Under the pieces are notes generated by a model. That model saw nothing but the letters and a program-made list of their open reading frames with translations. It was not told where the DNA came from and did not search any database. A stretch of DNA of 64,000 bases from Tubulanus polymorphus. Its lineage: Eukaryota; Animalia; Nemertea. The stretch covers positions 8,072,962-8,136,961 of the forward strand of contig NC_134034.1 of assembly GCF_964204645.1 (NCBI RefSeq), in the 5' to 3' direction. The position numbers and the translations under genes were made by a program. Positions 53,061 to 64,000 of this stretch are shown piece by piece. Each line of letters opens with the position of its first letter. Position 1 is the stretch's first letter.

Positions 53061-54797
53061 ATGGCAGTCTATCCATGCGGTGTCTGTAGTAAAGAATGCA
53101 AAGATGAAACCGTTTTCTGTGAGAAATGTGAATTCTGGTTTCACCGAAAATGTGAAGGTCTCATGCTTCAACACCTACGATGTCTGGCAAGAAGCAAATA
53201 CGATTACATTTGTGGAAGATGCACTGAGCAAAACGGAAAATTTAACTTTGTTGAGTCAATCAAGAGACTCCAGTCTGCAGCAGATAGTGGAATTGGCGAA
53301 CTGAAGGCGGCCGCAGTAGTAGAAAATGTATTGCTGCGTAAAGTAGGCGCCCCACAGCCAGAAAGAAATAGCCATTTTTCGCACTGATGTCTTCGCCGAA
53401 GAAATCCTACTTCAGAATGGGAAACCCGATGATCGGATGCTGCAGTAAAGGCAGATGGGGATTGTCTATTCCATGCACTTTCATTGGCGGCGTATGGAGA
53501 CGAAGATAAAGTCGCGATTGAACTGAGAGCAAGAATAACCATAGAACTTGCGAACAATGAAACCTGGTACCTCAAGCAGTACAACCCAAGTCTCGACTTA
53601 GTGTCCCCGCCGTTTCCTGAAGCATGCAGAAATGGAACGTACTCGTCAGCGTGGTGCATGGCAGCTGCAGCTACAGTTTTGAATCGAAATGTAGAATCGT
53701 TGTATCCGGCGGTAAATGGAAAAGAAGACTCCGTGATAAAAATAGTTAACCAAACTTTTCTGCCGAGATTGTAAAAAAGAAAAGCAGCCGCACCAATCAC
53801 TACAATGTGGTCAAACATAAAGAGAAATAAAGAAAACAAGTTATGGACACCGAACCACTTTGTCCCTCTACTCAAACCGCCACCAAGAAAACGAAACCGC
53901 GACGAATCCAAAGCCCATCAGAACTCGCCCAAGAAGAAAAGAAACCGCAAAGAAACTGACAATAAAACTGAACCACCAACTGAGAATAAAACTAATGAAA
54001 CCACAAGCGACAATTTCAATGTGTCTACGTCATCGAGATACCGAACACAACTGCAGAAGATTCAATTGAAGACCCAAGTCCAAATGATGAGTCACTGAAA
54101 ATGACTGGGCCGTGATTTGAAATCGTGGGAGGTGCTACCCAGAGAGGAAAGCCAATGCTGGTAGACAACAATGGCTACACATTCACCGTTAAAAAGAAGA
54201 CAAAATTAAAACCATACTGGTGTTCAGTGAGGAACAAGACGCAGCGATGCCCAGCAACAGTGTCAGAAATGGAGAATTTGCAGAAGGCAGTGCTAAGCAC
54301 ACTCATCAGACAACACCTGGAATTTTGGCATCAACGAAAACTATCACCATCGCGAAGAAAGAAGGAATGAACAATTTATTCAAAAGTGCTGCCAAAATTG
54401 TACAAGAAGCCATGGTAACCTCTGTCGATGTCGAAGTTCCCTGTCCGACACTATCAGACCCAACGTAGCAAGCGAGACGCGTCAACTGCCACCGACAGAG
54501 TAAACGTCCATCAGAACTGTCTACATGTGATTTTGAAATTGACGAAAATTTCATCGACAGCAGTTTTTTGCGCGATGATGTGAAAGTCGATGGAATGCGC
54601 CACATAGTATTTGCAACCGATTTACAGCTACGACTTCTGAGCAAAGCAAAAACGTGGTAAGTGGACGGTACTTTCCGCGTCGTCAGAAAGCCTTTCACAC
54701 AGTTATTTTCGATTCACGCCTTCCTAAAAAACAGCGAGGGAGAAATCAAGCAAGTTCCATTAGCCTTCGTTTTGATGTCCAGAAGGACCAAAAGAGA
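53061..54797 (+). pseudogene. Mutator/MULE transposase pseudogene: PHD - OTU-like - FLYWCH - MULE (truncated)
   Basis: YPCGVC..CEKCEFWFHRKC..YICGRC; KADGDCLFHALS...PNHFVPL; TQRGKPMLVDNNGYTF..CSVRNK..CPATV..HTH; [34 protein letters not shown]. Contains stops and frameshifts. Confidence 0.88.
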
Positions 54798-55099
54798 TTT
54801 TGATCATTTCTCATAAGTCAACACGTGTAATTCAAGTGTGATTTTGATGTGTGTAGAGATACATCGTGACTAGGTTATTGAATGGCGGCGCCATGTTTAA
54901 GCTGCGCGTCGTTCGTTGAATAGTGGAATTATCTTGATTGTATTATACGAAGTTTATTAAAGGTTAGTGTCAACAAATGGTCCATTACAGTCCCTCTAAT
55001 TTATGTGGAGAGACGCTCTTAACCGGCAAAACCGTGGTCTGTTAATTAGGGTTTTCTGTTTCTTCACAGAAAACCCTATTGAGATTTGCGTGATTATTA

Positions 55100-56387
55100 T
55101 TAGGGTTTCTTCTGCCTCGGCAGAAACCCTATTGGATTCCTGCTGATTATTATTTTAACATATTTTCCACTGAGTTTCGTCACATAAAAATCATCTTCTA
55201 TTAGATTTGACTACTAACAACTTTGAAACGAAATGTTAAACTCTGATAATAATATAACAGTCTCTTTCTGCGCGTAGTTTCTATGGATGTACTGTGCTTC
55301 CTATTTTAAACTTGAAGTTACTTCAAGATAACACCGGTGGAAATAGCAATCATCAATCATGGCACGCATACTGGCGCGAATCTGAAAGTTTATGACGTCA
55401 TTTTATAAATAAATAAAGATTAAGGAAGGCTCCGAGAATATCCAAATCACAGGTTACTGTGAATAACTGGGTTCGACCATTCACAGTTTATTCATACTGT
55501 TATTAAAAGCAGTTCCTTTTAAACATTCTATAATAGTATAGTTTTGTTCCTGGATATCAGCGGTTTATTTATTTATTTTACCGGTACGCGTTTTCTTAAT
55601 TGAATTGAATTGGTCCGGTCCAAAAGGCGGGTCATACTAGTTAGCGTCAGAAAATGTCAGCGTTGGTGATACCTTGTTATCAGTCGATATTAAACGGTCT
55701 AAAGTCAGTTTATACATCACATACATTACAAATTGGAGGTCCCTTGTAGGCCTACATGTACATCACATCGTGACGCAGCGGAGAATGTCATAGAAGAACA
55801 AAGTCAGTTAAAAATACCTACCCACTGCACCGATAAAGAATGATTGCTAGCCAGAGACCAGTGAGTAATGGGGAGTGATGGTACCGTTCATGATTATATT
55901 GTTAGAGGCCTAATGGTTATTAGACATAAATTTCATATGTGAATTGTAGTCCCCATCTGATCGCTTGACTTGTCAGACTGACTTGTCACTCCTCTACTAA
56001 TAATAGTAACACTATAAGGCCTTCCCTCCTGCATAGTTTACCCTATAGGCCAAATTTGTGCTTTGGGCTAAATTCGGTTTTCTTATCAAGTCGACTTTTT
56101 TTCGGAACTAATAATAACCGAATATGCACTTAAACTGTCACTAGGGAATGGTAAAAACACCACAGCTTCGTTCTTCTCGATGTTGTTTCCCCCAAAACCT
56201 GGCACATTAGTACTTTGCGCGTAGAAGCACATGCGCGTAGTAGCACATGTGGGTCAACATATCCATATTGTGAGTTGACCCCTAGGTGGCACTCTTTCAA
56301 AAAAACGGAATGTAACGAACTGATGTCGGCTGAACAACATTCTATCTAGAAAGGCAGAAACCCCTTTATCGCTGCTTGCAGCTATAT
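55100..56387 (+). mobile_element. Inner related HINE inserted in the (ATT)n tract of the outer one
   Basis: 5' TAGGGTTTCT..TGCC-tc-GGCAGAAACCCTA. 3' GGCAGAAACCC plus GCTGC-tt-GCAGC. The ATT tract resumes at 56390. Confidence 0.75.
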
Positions 56388-57773
56388 TTTTTATTATTAT
56401 TTTTTTCCACACTTTTTTGTCAAAAGTACATAGGCTTTTTTACATTACGCTGTTGCCGATACAATCCGTCTGATATCATTCAGCTCACTTCGATCTACAA
56501 ATACTCCATGCATATTTTGGAGAATCAACGTTACAAAAGCACTGTCGGGCCGTAAACATCGAAAATTGAGCCCTATTTAAAGAGCCGACACGTTTTTCTA
56601 CGACACGTCGTCTTTCCGAAATCTACCGCACCTTTCTTGTCACATCGATTATCAATTCAAGCATAAATTAACAAATTTATTACCCAAAGATTGCAAATTC
56701 TGTTGCGGTTTTTAAAAAACTAATTTTAACAATAGCCCATTTTCCTCATCAAATCATATTACCGATACACAGGAAATTTACTACTTTAGATTGTAAAAGC
56801 ACTGTGGAGCCGTAAACATCGACGAATCGACGTGTGTCACTACATGGTCGTTCCGGGGATCAGCTGCGAGTTTCTCCTCATCATGAGAATCAAATCGAGT
56901 ACAAATTAATTTATTACGACCAGTGATTTGGCTGCGGGCTTCAAGCAGTTAGTTTAACAATACCTTTTTTCTTTACCAAATTAACCGTGTATTTACTAGG
57001 TAAATCATTAGTGTGCCCAAACTAAACACGCCGAAGAGATATAGGCCTAGCGGAGAAAAGCTGTTGTGTCGACGAGGTATCAAAATAAAAGAATATATTA
57101 CTTTATTCAGCCGCGGGCTTCAACCTCTATATAAATACCATCAATACTCAATATTTCCTCCAGTACATACGGATCATTGTCAAATGCAAAAGGTATTTAC
57201 TAAAAACAAGTATATAACACACTCCTATCCGTATGCTGGACTCACATTTGACATTTGGAGTAAGCGTTTGCTGTGGGAGAAAAGAGATCGTTCGCTGTGT
57301 CGCTTGAAGTGTTTATCGAGTTTTACGCGACCTCAAGGCTTTAGGCCTACTGGTACTGAGCTTTACTGTCTCAAACAAACACAGTATAATCGTTGCGTTT
57401 ATTAACGGACTCATTGGATTGAACTTCAAAACAAAATTTACGATATTTAGAAGGGTTGTTATTCAATAGGCCTACGACCAATCTGTCCGGATGTTAGGCC
57501 TACGCATATACATAGGCCTACATAGACTAGTAGCCTCTACTAGGTTAAAGCTAAGTTCACTGTAAAGGAGGAATCAGATTTATTAAAATGCATGTTAATT
57601 AGTGATTAAGTGGTTCTGACTTGCAACGATCAATCACGATTATCAATCTTAATGCCAAAAATGAAAGTTTTTTTGAAAATTTCGCCTGAGCAGACAGCTT
57701 TATAAGCCAGACTTTTCATTTGAGTTTTTTCATCATAAATGAAACTGGTATTTCATTAATTCCTAATGACTTT

Positions 57774-58102
57774 AGCCGGGCGTAGGTCGGCCTTCCGACG
57801 GCTTGTGACTCACTGCGATGCCATTCACTGCGACCGCCAGCGACGATTGTGTCGCAACGACTCATCGACCTATGCTCCCTTGCGACGGGTTACGACTGTG
57901 AGCAACGCCAGTCACAAGAAGTTGCACGTGTTCTACTTTCTGCGACGTGACACGACTGTCACAACCGACCTACGCGCTCTTGCGACTGGTAGAAACTAGT
58001 TGCACACATTCGCTGACAATCGTATCGCAACCGACTTGCATCGAAGCTTGCGATGCAACGCGAGGGATCGTATCGCGTCACAAGGCAGACCTACGTGCGG
58101 CT
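57774..58102. mobile_element. Harbinger-like MITE
   Basis: AGCCGGGCGTAGGTCGGCCTT / AAGGCAGACCTACGTGCGGCT inverted ends, with internal GCGAC/GTCGC motifs. Confidence 0.65.
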
Positions 58103-59239
58103 TTTATTTACTGCGGAGCCCCGGAAATCGATCGAACAGAATTGCTTTCATTCAAACATTCGTTCGAAAAAAATTGTTTTCGCTCAACCAAATTTTTTTG
58201 CAGGGACAAAAAGTTTTTCATTTCAACAATAACATAGCTTTTTATTCGAACACATTTTTTTTGTCTGAATGAAGAAAAGTTTTGGTTCAAACAAAAAGCG
58301 TATTGTTCAATCAAACAGAATTTTTTTCATTCGAATAAGATTTTCTTGTCGGAACATTAAATTTTTTAGTTGAACAACGTGTTAAGGTCGTTTTGGAAAT
58401 TTACTCGGTCTGGTATATTTTGGATTACTGTGTATGTCATTTTTCAGGACATTAAACAGAAGACGACTTAGGATACTACCTTGCGTGACTCCACTAGTTA
58501 GACCGACTTATTCCAAGATGAGGCGTTCTGTTGATTTCCGCTACAAGTTTTCGTTCAGAGATAACTACTGAGCCATTTGGGCAGCCTATCATTGATACTG
58601 TTTCCTAATAGCCTATTTAGTAATGGCTGATGTTGTGCCTAATCTAATGCTTTGTCGAAATCCACCGTTGAACAGGATTCTTAGACTGTGCAGAAAACCC
58701 GTTATCGCTGCTTAGCAGCTATATTTCGTGTTATCGTTGGCCTACGTGACTGACCTTGCTTGAGCGTTCGCTGCTGGCGCACCACTTCAAAGTTATGAAT
58801 AAAGTATTATAAAACTGATTGTTAATGACCTACAACAAATAAACCTTTAAACAAAGGTACTTAGTGTCTGACATTCTACTGAAGAATTCCGGATTGATTC
58901 ACCGCATAGTTTTTTCATAGTGTCACTAAGTGACCATTTTGATTTATGAATCAATTAAGATGATTGACAGATGCGGGTGCGGTTGTTTCAGCTGTTGAAG
59001 ACGTTTGATGTAAACAATAATTTTAACCACGTGCGCGATGAAAACAGGGACATCAAACTAAGAAGCACTGAATTTTTTAATTAGGCCTACATGTGCTGTG
59101 CTGGTTTTTCGAATCTTAATTGACTCCTATTGCATAGGCCTAAGACAGGCCCTCTGGAATTGAATTGAATTCGATACAGTAATTCGCCTGTAATTTGTGA
59201 TGAATCTTTTTGAAAATTAGCTTGAAGATTGAGTCTGGC

Positions 59240-59856
59240 GAGATGTCCACCCCTATTGTAGAAAATGTCATTGGTGATCAAATATGGCTGCCATTGGAGT
59301 GGCCATCTTGAATTTCTTGTTTGTACGATGCACCTGCAATTCTTGATGGATTTCCACAAAATTTAGTGTGAGGATCAGGGTCGGTAAGCTGTCCATGCCT
59401 TTGCTATATGGATGTCATCGGCTTACAAATATGGCCACCAGGTCAGCCATCTTGAATTTCTAGCACGAAACGGCCTGCAATTCTTGATGCATTTTCATGA
59501 TACTAGGTGTAAGAATTTTGGTTGGTGAAATGTGTACCCCTTATTGAAAATTGAGTTCAAGTACGGCCACCAGGGTTGCCATCCATCTTGGATTTATTTT
59601 CAGCACGATGCCTACACCAATTCCTGATGCATTTTTTCATGAAGTGTGATCTTTGGGGCAGCTAAAATGGGCTTGTCTTTTCATGTAAGGATATATTAAC
59701 AGAAAATGAACATTATCACCACATAGCCTATACCATTATATTATATTTTGAAACTTGTTACATCGTTACAATGTAAATCTTTCTGTAACACTTTGAATAC
59801 TGAATTATTCTACTTCTACTGTGTCATGAAGGTATAAGGCCCATGGGCCTCTTGTT
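59240..59856 (+). mobile_element. 3' part of a HINE
   Basis: Three GCCATCTTG-containing repeats. 3' hairpin AGGCCCATGGGCCT plus CTTGTT, the same architecture as 4321-4351. Confidence 0.6.
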
Positions 59857-59908
59857 CTTTTGAATCTATCTTGAATTTTCTCATCACATGTTTCGCTTAT
59901 ATTCATAG

Positions 59909-60026
59909 GTATTAATTGGTGATCCTCATCAATGTACGTGTCCTGTATTTTTGAAAGAGAAAGATTTGTGTAAACACATTTGCTGGATTTTACTTCGCAA
60001 ATACAGAGTTCCTAGACAAAATCCTG
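59909..60026 (+). CDS. ZSWIM2: ZSWIM2-like coding exon 2 (SWIM zinc finger)
   Basis: attcatag|VLIGDPHQCTCPVFLKEKDLCKHICWILLRKYRVPRQNP-G|gtaagt. CxC...CxH SWIM motif. The phase-0 acceptor matches exon 1. It is too short for the ORF track. Confidence 0.9.
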
Positions 60027-62611
60027 GTAAGTAATTTGAATTGCCCCACTAGTCAGGATTGAATGGTCTTCGCCCTAGTCTCACTAGCTTGTTTTGGTCT
60101 GCCATACTATTTCACTTAAGTTGCATAAAAATGTACAAAATTTGCAAATTTTTTGTGGGGAGGACCCCTCAGCAAACACTTTGGGCTGGACCACCCAACA
60201 GGAATAAAGAGTTCTCTTTTTATGTGTGGTGCCTTTTTAGTAGTCTGAACCTGCCCCTGAAAAAGGACATTTATGATGTGAATTCTGAGACCTAAGGTAG
60301 CCTCTTAAAATGTAAGCCTGATTTTGACTGTCTGATTACACAACAGAAACCCTTGACCAATGATTCTTGTTTATCAATTTGAATTTTGGATTCGGGAATT
60401 TGAGATCTGGATTAGGGAATTATCAGGGAATTTGGGACAAAAACTGTAACTGTAACTGCAGGAAAATTGTAAGTTTGAATACGATTTACACATTGATCAT
60501 GGAAAGTCTTTGAATCAGGAAGGCCATTGTATTTGTCGATCTTTTGAACTATCACTGCCACTCTATGAGGCCATATATCTCTAGGATTCAGTTGTAGTCA
60601 AGTAACACACTTTTATTGGTACAGCTTGTAATTCGTAGGTAAATCGATCTGACGTAGGCCTATGTGTTCCTACCTACCACTGTGGAGGTTCATTGAAAAT
60701 TAGAGTTTAGCGGATATTGTATCTTTGGAATTGGTATAGGCCTGTTTTTATGTAAACAATCGATGAGGTCTCAGTCTCACCGAAGTGCCCGAGGGCACTT
60801 GAAAAAGTGAACAAATCTACTAAAAGAGTAAAATGTTTTCATGGACCTCCAGAGCACAGGACTTTTGGTCCTCAAGTTCTTCCTAGAAATGATGAAATAA
60901 CGAAGCAAAAAATGTTCAAACTTTTGGACCAGACATTCATGAAATCTGTTCACCCAGTCCTGGCAGTGTGGCTGGCTCCACAGTGTATCTACGTTGCTCT
61001 ACGATCCTATGTAACCACCCACCCAGACACGTTCATTCAAATTCGCGTGACTTTTGCGGACAGAACTACTGTCGGCATTTTTGCCTGTGTTCAAACTGCG
61101 ATATCTCAGCAAATAAACAACCGATTTTGATAAATAAACTATCTACACTAACCTAATGACGTTTTGTGTTTGTTCATTATATTTGTTTGAGGATAAAGCC
61201 GATTTTAGTACGATTAAATGTAAGATGCAAAAATGATGCGCTGTTTAGCGATGAGACACGCATCGCTCAAGTGTCTTGTTGCTAACGAACTACAGTGTTA
61301 CAATGCCTAGTTTCAAAGTGAAAAAATGGTGTCATTTTTGCTATTTCTGTATTTATATCGCATCAAGCACGGACTATTGATGAAGGAACCTCCGAATGAA
61401 TATAATAATAAGAAAACTGAATGTTTGAGGTTTGTAAAGAGAGTTTATTTTTCACAATCGGTTTGGTGAAACTGGATTTCTGGTGGTTTAAAGTCACAGT
61501 GATTTAAGAGTATCGAGAAAATGTCGTTCGTGTCTTAGTGTCTGTGGTACATCAGACACTAAGATTCTTGGTTAAGAAATCTGGCACGATGGAGCCTTCA
61601 ATTCTTGAGCAGTTTATTTTTCAAAGTAAGAACAGGGAGCTGCATTGAAAGATGATGTTAGGGTTATAGAACCTCCACTTCTCTAAAATATTTTACAGCT
61701 TCTATTGAATTGTATTTTTTGTTGTTGTTATTTTTTGGTTTACCTTTATCAGCGATATGATGTTGGCATTGAGCCAATTCATGTAAAATCGTGGTAATTT
61801 TTTTTATGTGAGCATTTGTTTCATTGGTTCTCGGCTTAAACGACGTATAATCGATGCGATTGAAGACATGGCTAACCTCCGTCGATGACATGGTCAACTG
61901 AGTTAAAATTCGACGAAAAACTGTTTTTGGTGGGAAAATTCTTAGCTCTCGTGTATAAAATTGCAATGACCTCGATTGGGGGGTGTCGTCTCTACGAGCG
62001 AATGTGATTGGCTGTTTTTGGGTTATACGGGGAATTCCGGCGCTACTAAAATAATTATGGGAAAGCCATAGAATGTCGTACGTTTCATTGGACTAGGTTG
62101 CCGTTTACGTGCGAATTTCAAATGCTCATTGCTGGTGAGGATGTAATTATTTCACACATCCACCATAGGTATTGTTTCATTTTAATACCCGGTGATTGTT
62201 TTGATTGACATTGAAGTGTAAGCGAACATTCACTTACACGAGGCCTCCACGTGCGCGCGGAGTGCTACACCACACACACACAAGCTCGTACAGTACACTA
62301 CGGTGATGCTGTAACGCGTGCACATTTGACACGAAAATAGGCTGAATAATCGTAGCAGAAGATGAGCGCTGTGTTTTCTGTTCGATAGAATTTGTAATAG
62401 ATTGTAATTTCTTATGACCTGAAAATACTAAGCAGCAAACTATAAGGTCTGTCGAGGTCTGAATATTATAGTGGTAAATTCCAGGATTTAAAACAATCTA
62501 ATAGCCGATTTCTTCTGTACCGGTATTCTAGCTTCCGTGGCCAACATTGGAAGAGGTTTCCAAGACCCAATTTTCAGCCACCCTCTGATATGTGACATCC
62601 TATGAATTTTA

Positions 62612-62745
62612 GGCCTTGTCAAAATAATGGTCTGTTTGCCGTAGCCCGACCGACCCGACTTCAAAGGTACCGAGTGAAAACTTTTTTCTGGGATTCATAT
62701 AAATTTAATTTTTGATAAAAACGACCAGCCGACCGACCGACCCAC
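62612..62745 (+). mobile_element. Left end of an element related to the MITE at 42498
   Basis: TTA-GGCC...TGTTTGCCGTAGCCCGACCGACCC. Confidence 0.5.
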
Positions 62746-62840
62746 TGCCGACGTATGAGCTACGTATGTTTGAATTCACGTTTGCATCGTGTGAAAACAT
62801 GCCTTGACATGTGGCCTAATTCATGTTTCCAGGAAACTGG

Positions 62841-63753
62841 CAGTGTTCCAATAAGCTGCCACTCATTCTAATAGTGACTATAGTGACTGAATAGCTGGTA
62901 ACGTAAAAGCTTGCACATATCAGAGATGCTAGTTGTCCGGAAATATCCGGAATTCCGGAAATTTAGGATCGCCGATGTCAATTCCGGAAATTTGGCGAGA
63001 ATTCCTCACGGCGACCAGTAATGGCACGGACCGTAAAAGCGTTCGTTTGCTTGTACTCATCGTCGCTTCTGTGTTATTTTATCTCGGTCTCCGTTTCCGA
63101 GGATGTTCTGCTACAATGTATATATGTGTGCTTGTGGTGGTATCTGTGCGTGCGTAGGTGGAGCGCCACTGTTGTGACGCCATTTCCAATTATCTTTACG
63201 CGCCGTTGTACATCGTCCCGCTGATGGCCAACAATGTGAAGATGCACGTGGTAATAATTAAGATGATATTTAATAAATATCATCTTAATTATAACCATGC
63301 GCGTGCTGTGTCCTGAGGCACGCAGCTTTGTAACTTTCTTTTTGCCTGCAGCTGTCAAGCGGGACGGTCTGCAAAATGAGCACGCACGGAAAGATTGTCA
63401 GTCGGGAGTTGGCCGATATAAAGGCAATTGACAGCGGTATAAAAAATAAATTTAACTGGCACTGGCTAGAGTGTAAGGACAGTAACGGGGACTACTTATC
63501 GAACTACATTCGTAAGTTAGACTTAGCTGGCGTGGCGTACTGCGTCGTTTGTAAAGACCAGGTCAAATACGGTAGTGGCGGGAAAAAAGATATTCTTCGT
63601 CACCCGGATAGCGCGCGGCATAAGAAGGCAGCGAGGGATGTGAAGCACAACGAATGCCTGCCGTCGTATTTTCAGATGAAAGATGCCGATCGTGATACTG
63701 CATCTCCGGCGATGCAAAAACGCAAAATTTTTCCTGGGGGAGAATTTTTCTGA
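62841..63753 (+). mobile_element. 5' part of a hAT-like transposon with a BED-finger ORF (63376-63753), truncated
   Basis: CAGTGTTCC terminus. KNKFNWHWLE...AYCVVC...ILRHPDSARH (C2H2 BED-type finger). No catalytic domain follows. Confidence 0.6.
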
Positions 63754-64000
63754 CACCCCGTTCTAAATTCCGCAATTTTGGTACTTTGGCCCTAGCATCT
63801 CTGACATATTCAATGTACTGTTTCATTTTTAAGCCAGAGATGACGCTCTGGACGAAGTTATAATTTTAGAATAATTCTTGAAATCTACGCTATTAGACAC
63901 ATTTCCCGTGCGCAACATAGATGATTTTTTTGCGATATTGTTTCCATGTAAAAAAGCCCAAAGGTGAAAAATTTGTTTTTTTTTGCATCGTGTGAAAACA

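Larger units (their letters stand above)
55046..58725 (+). mobile_element. Outer Helentron/Helitron2-type non-autonomous element
   Basis: 5' palindrome TAGGGTTTTCTG..CAGAAAACCCTA then (ATT)n. 3' CAGAAAACCC plus hairpin GCTGC-tta-GCAGC then TATATTT. Confidence 0.75.

Noticed and set aside
53204-53911. 235-aa minus ORF and similar antisense ORFs (for example 9542-9952, 47437-47841, 15050-17116)
   Set aside because: They are shadows of real coding sequence on the opposite strand and have no motifs of their own.

Overview
AT-rich eukaryotic DNA with GT-AG introns, probably an invertebrate animal (inference). There are no operons, CRISPR arrays, rRNA or tRNA genes. The only host gene I recognise is ZSWIM2-like. 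Its first two coding exons (14016-14165, 59909-60026) are joined in phase across a ~45.7-kb intron packed with transposons. Upstream lies a decayed Gypsy LTR element split by a Helentron-type HINE and by nested Harbinger elements, then a Penelope element with a minimal hammerhead ribozyme just before the ZSWIM2 start. The intron holds an intact hAT-like DDE transposase with a Spindlin-like C-terminus, a near full-length CR1 LINE, pieces of a PHD-OTU-FLYWCH MULE with long tandem-repeat TIRs, and many MITEs and HINEs. The best novelty candidate is a ~20.7-kb segment (28821-49517) bounded by a bipartite DIRECT repeat. It carries three co-oriented spliced genes with open reading frames: a ParB/Srx-like protein, a protein kinase and an 8-exon Sola1/DUF7869-type RNase H-fold transposase-like protein. 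It looks like a giant cargo-carrying DNA transposon with atypical ends. All family assignments are from motif recognition by eye; no searches were run.
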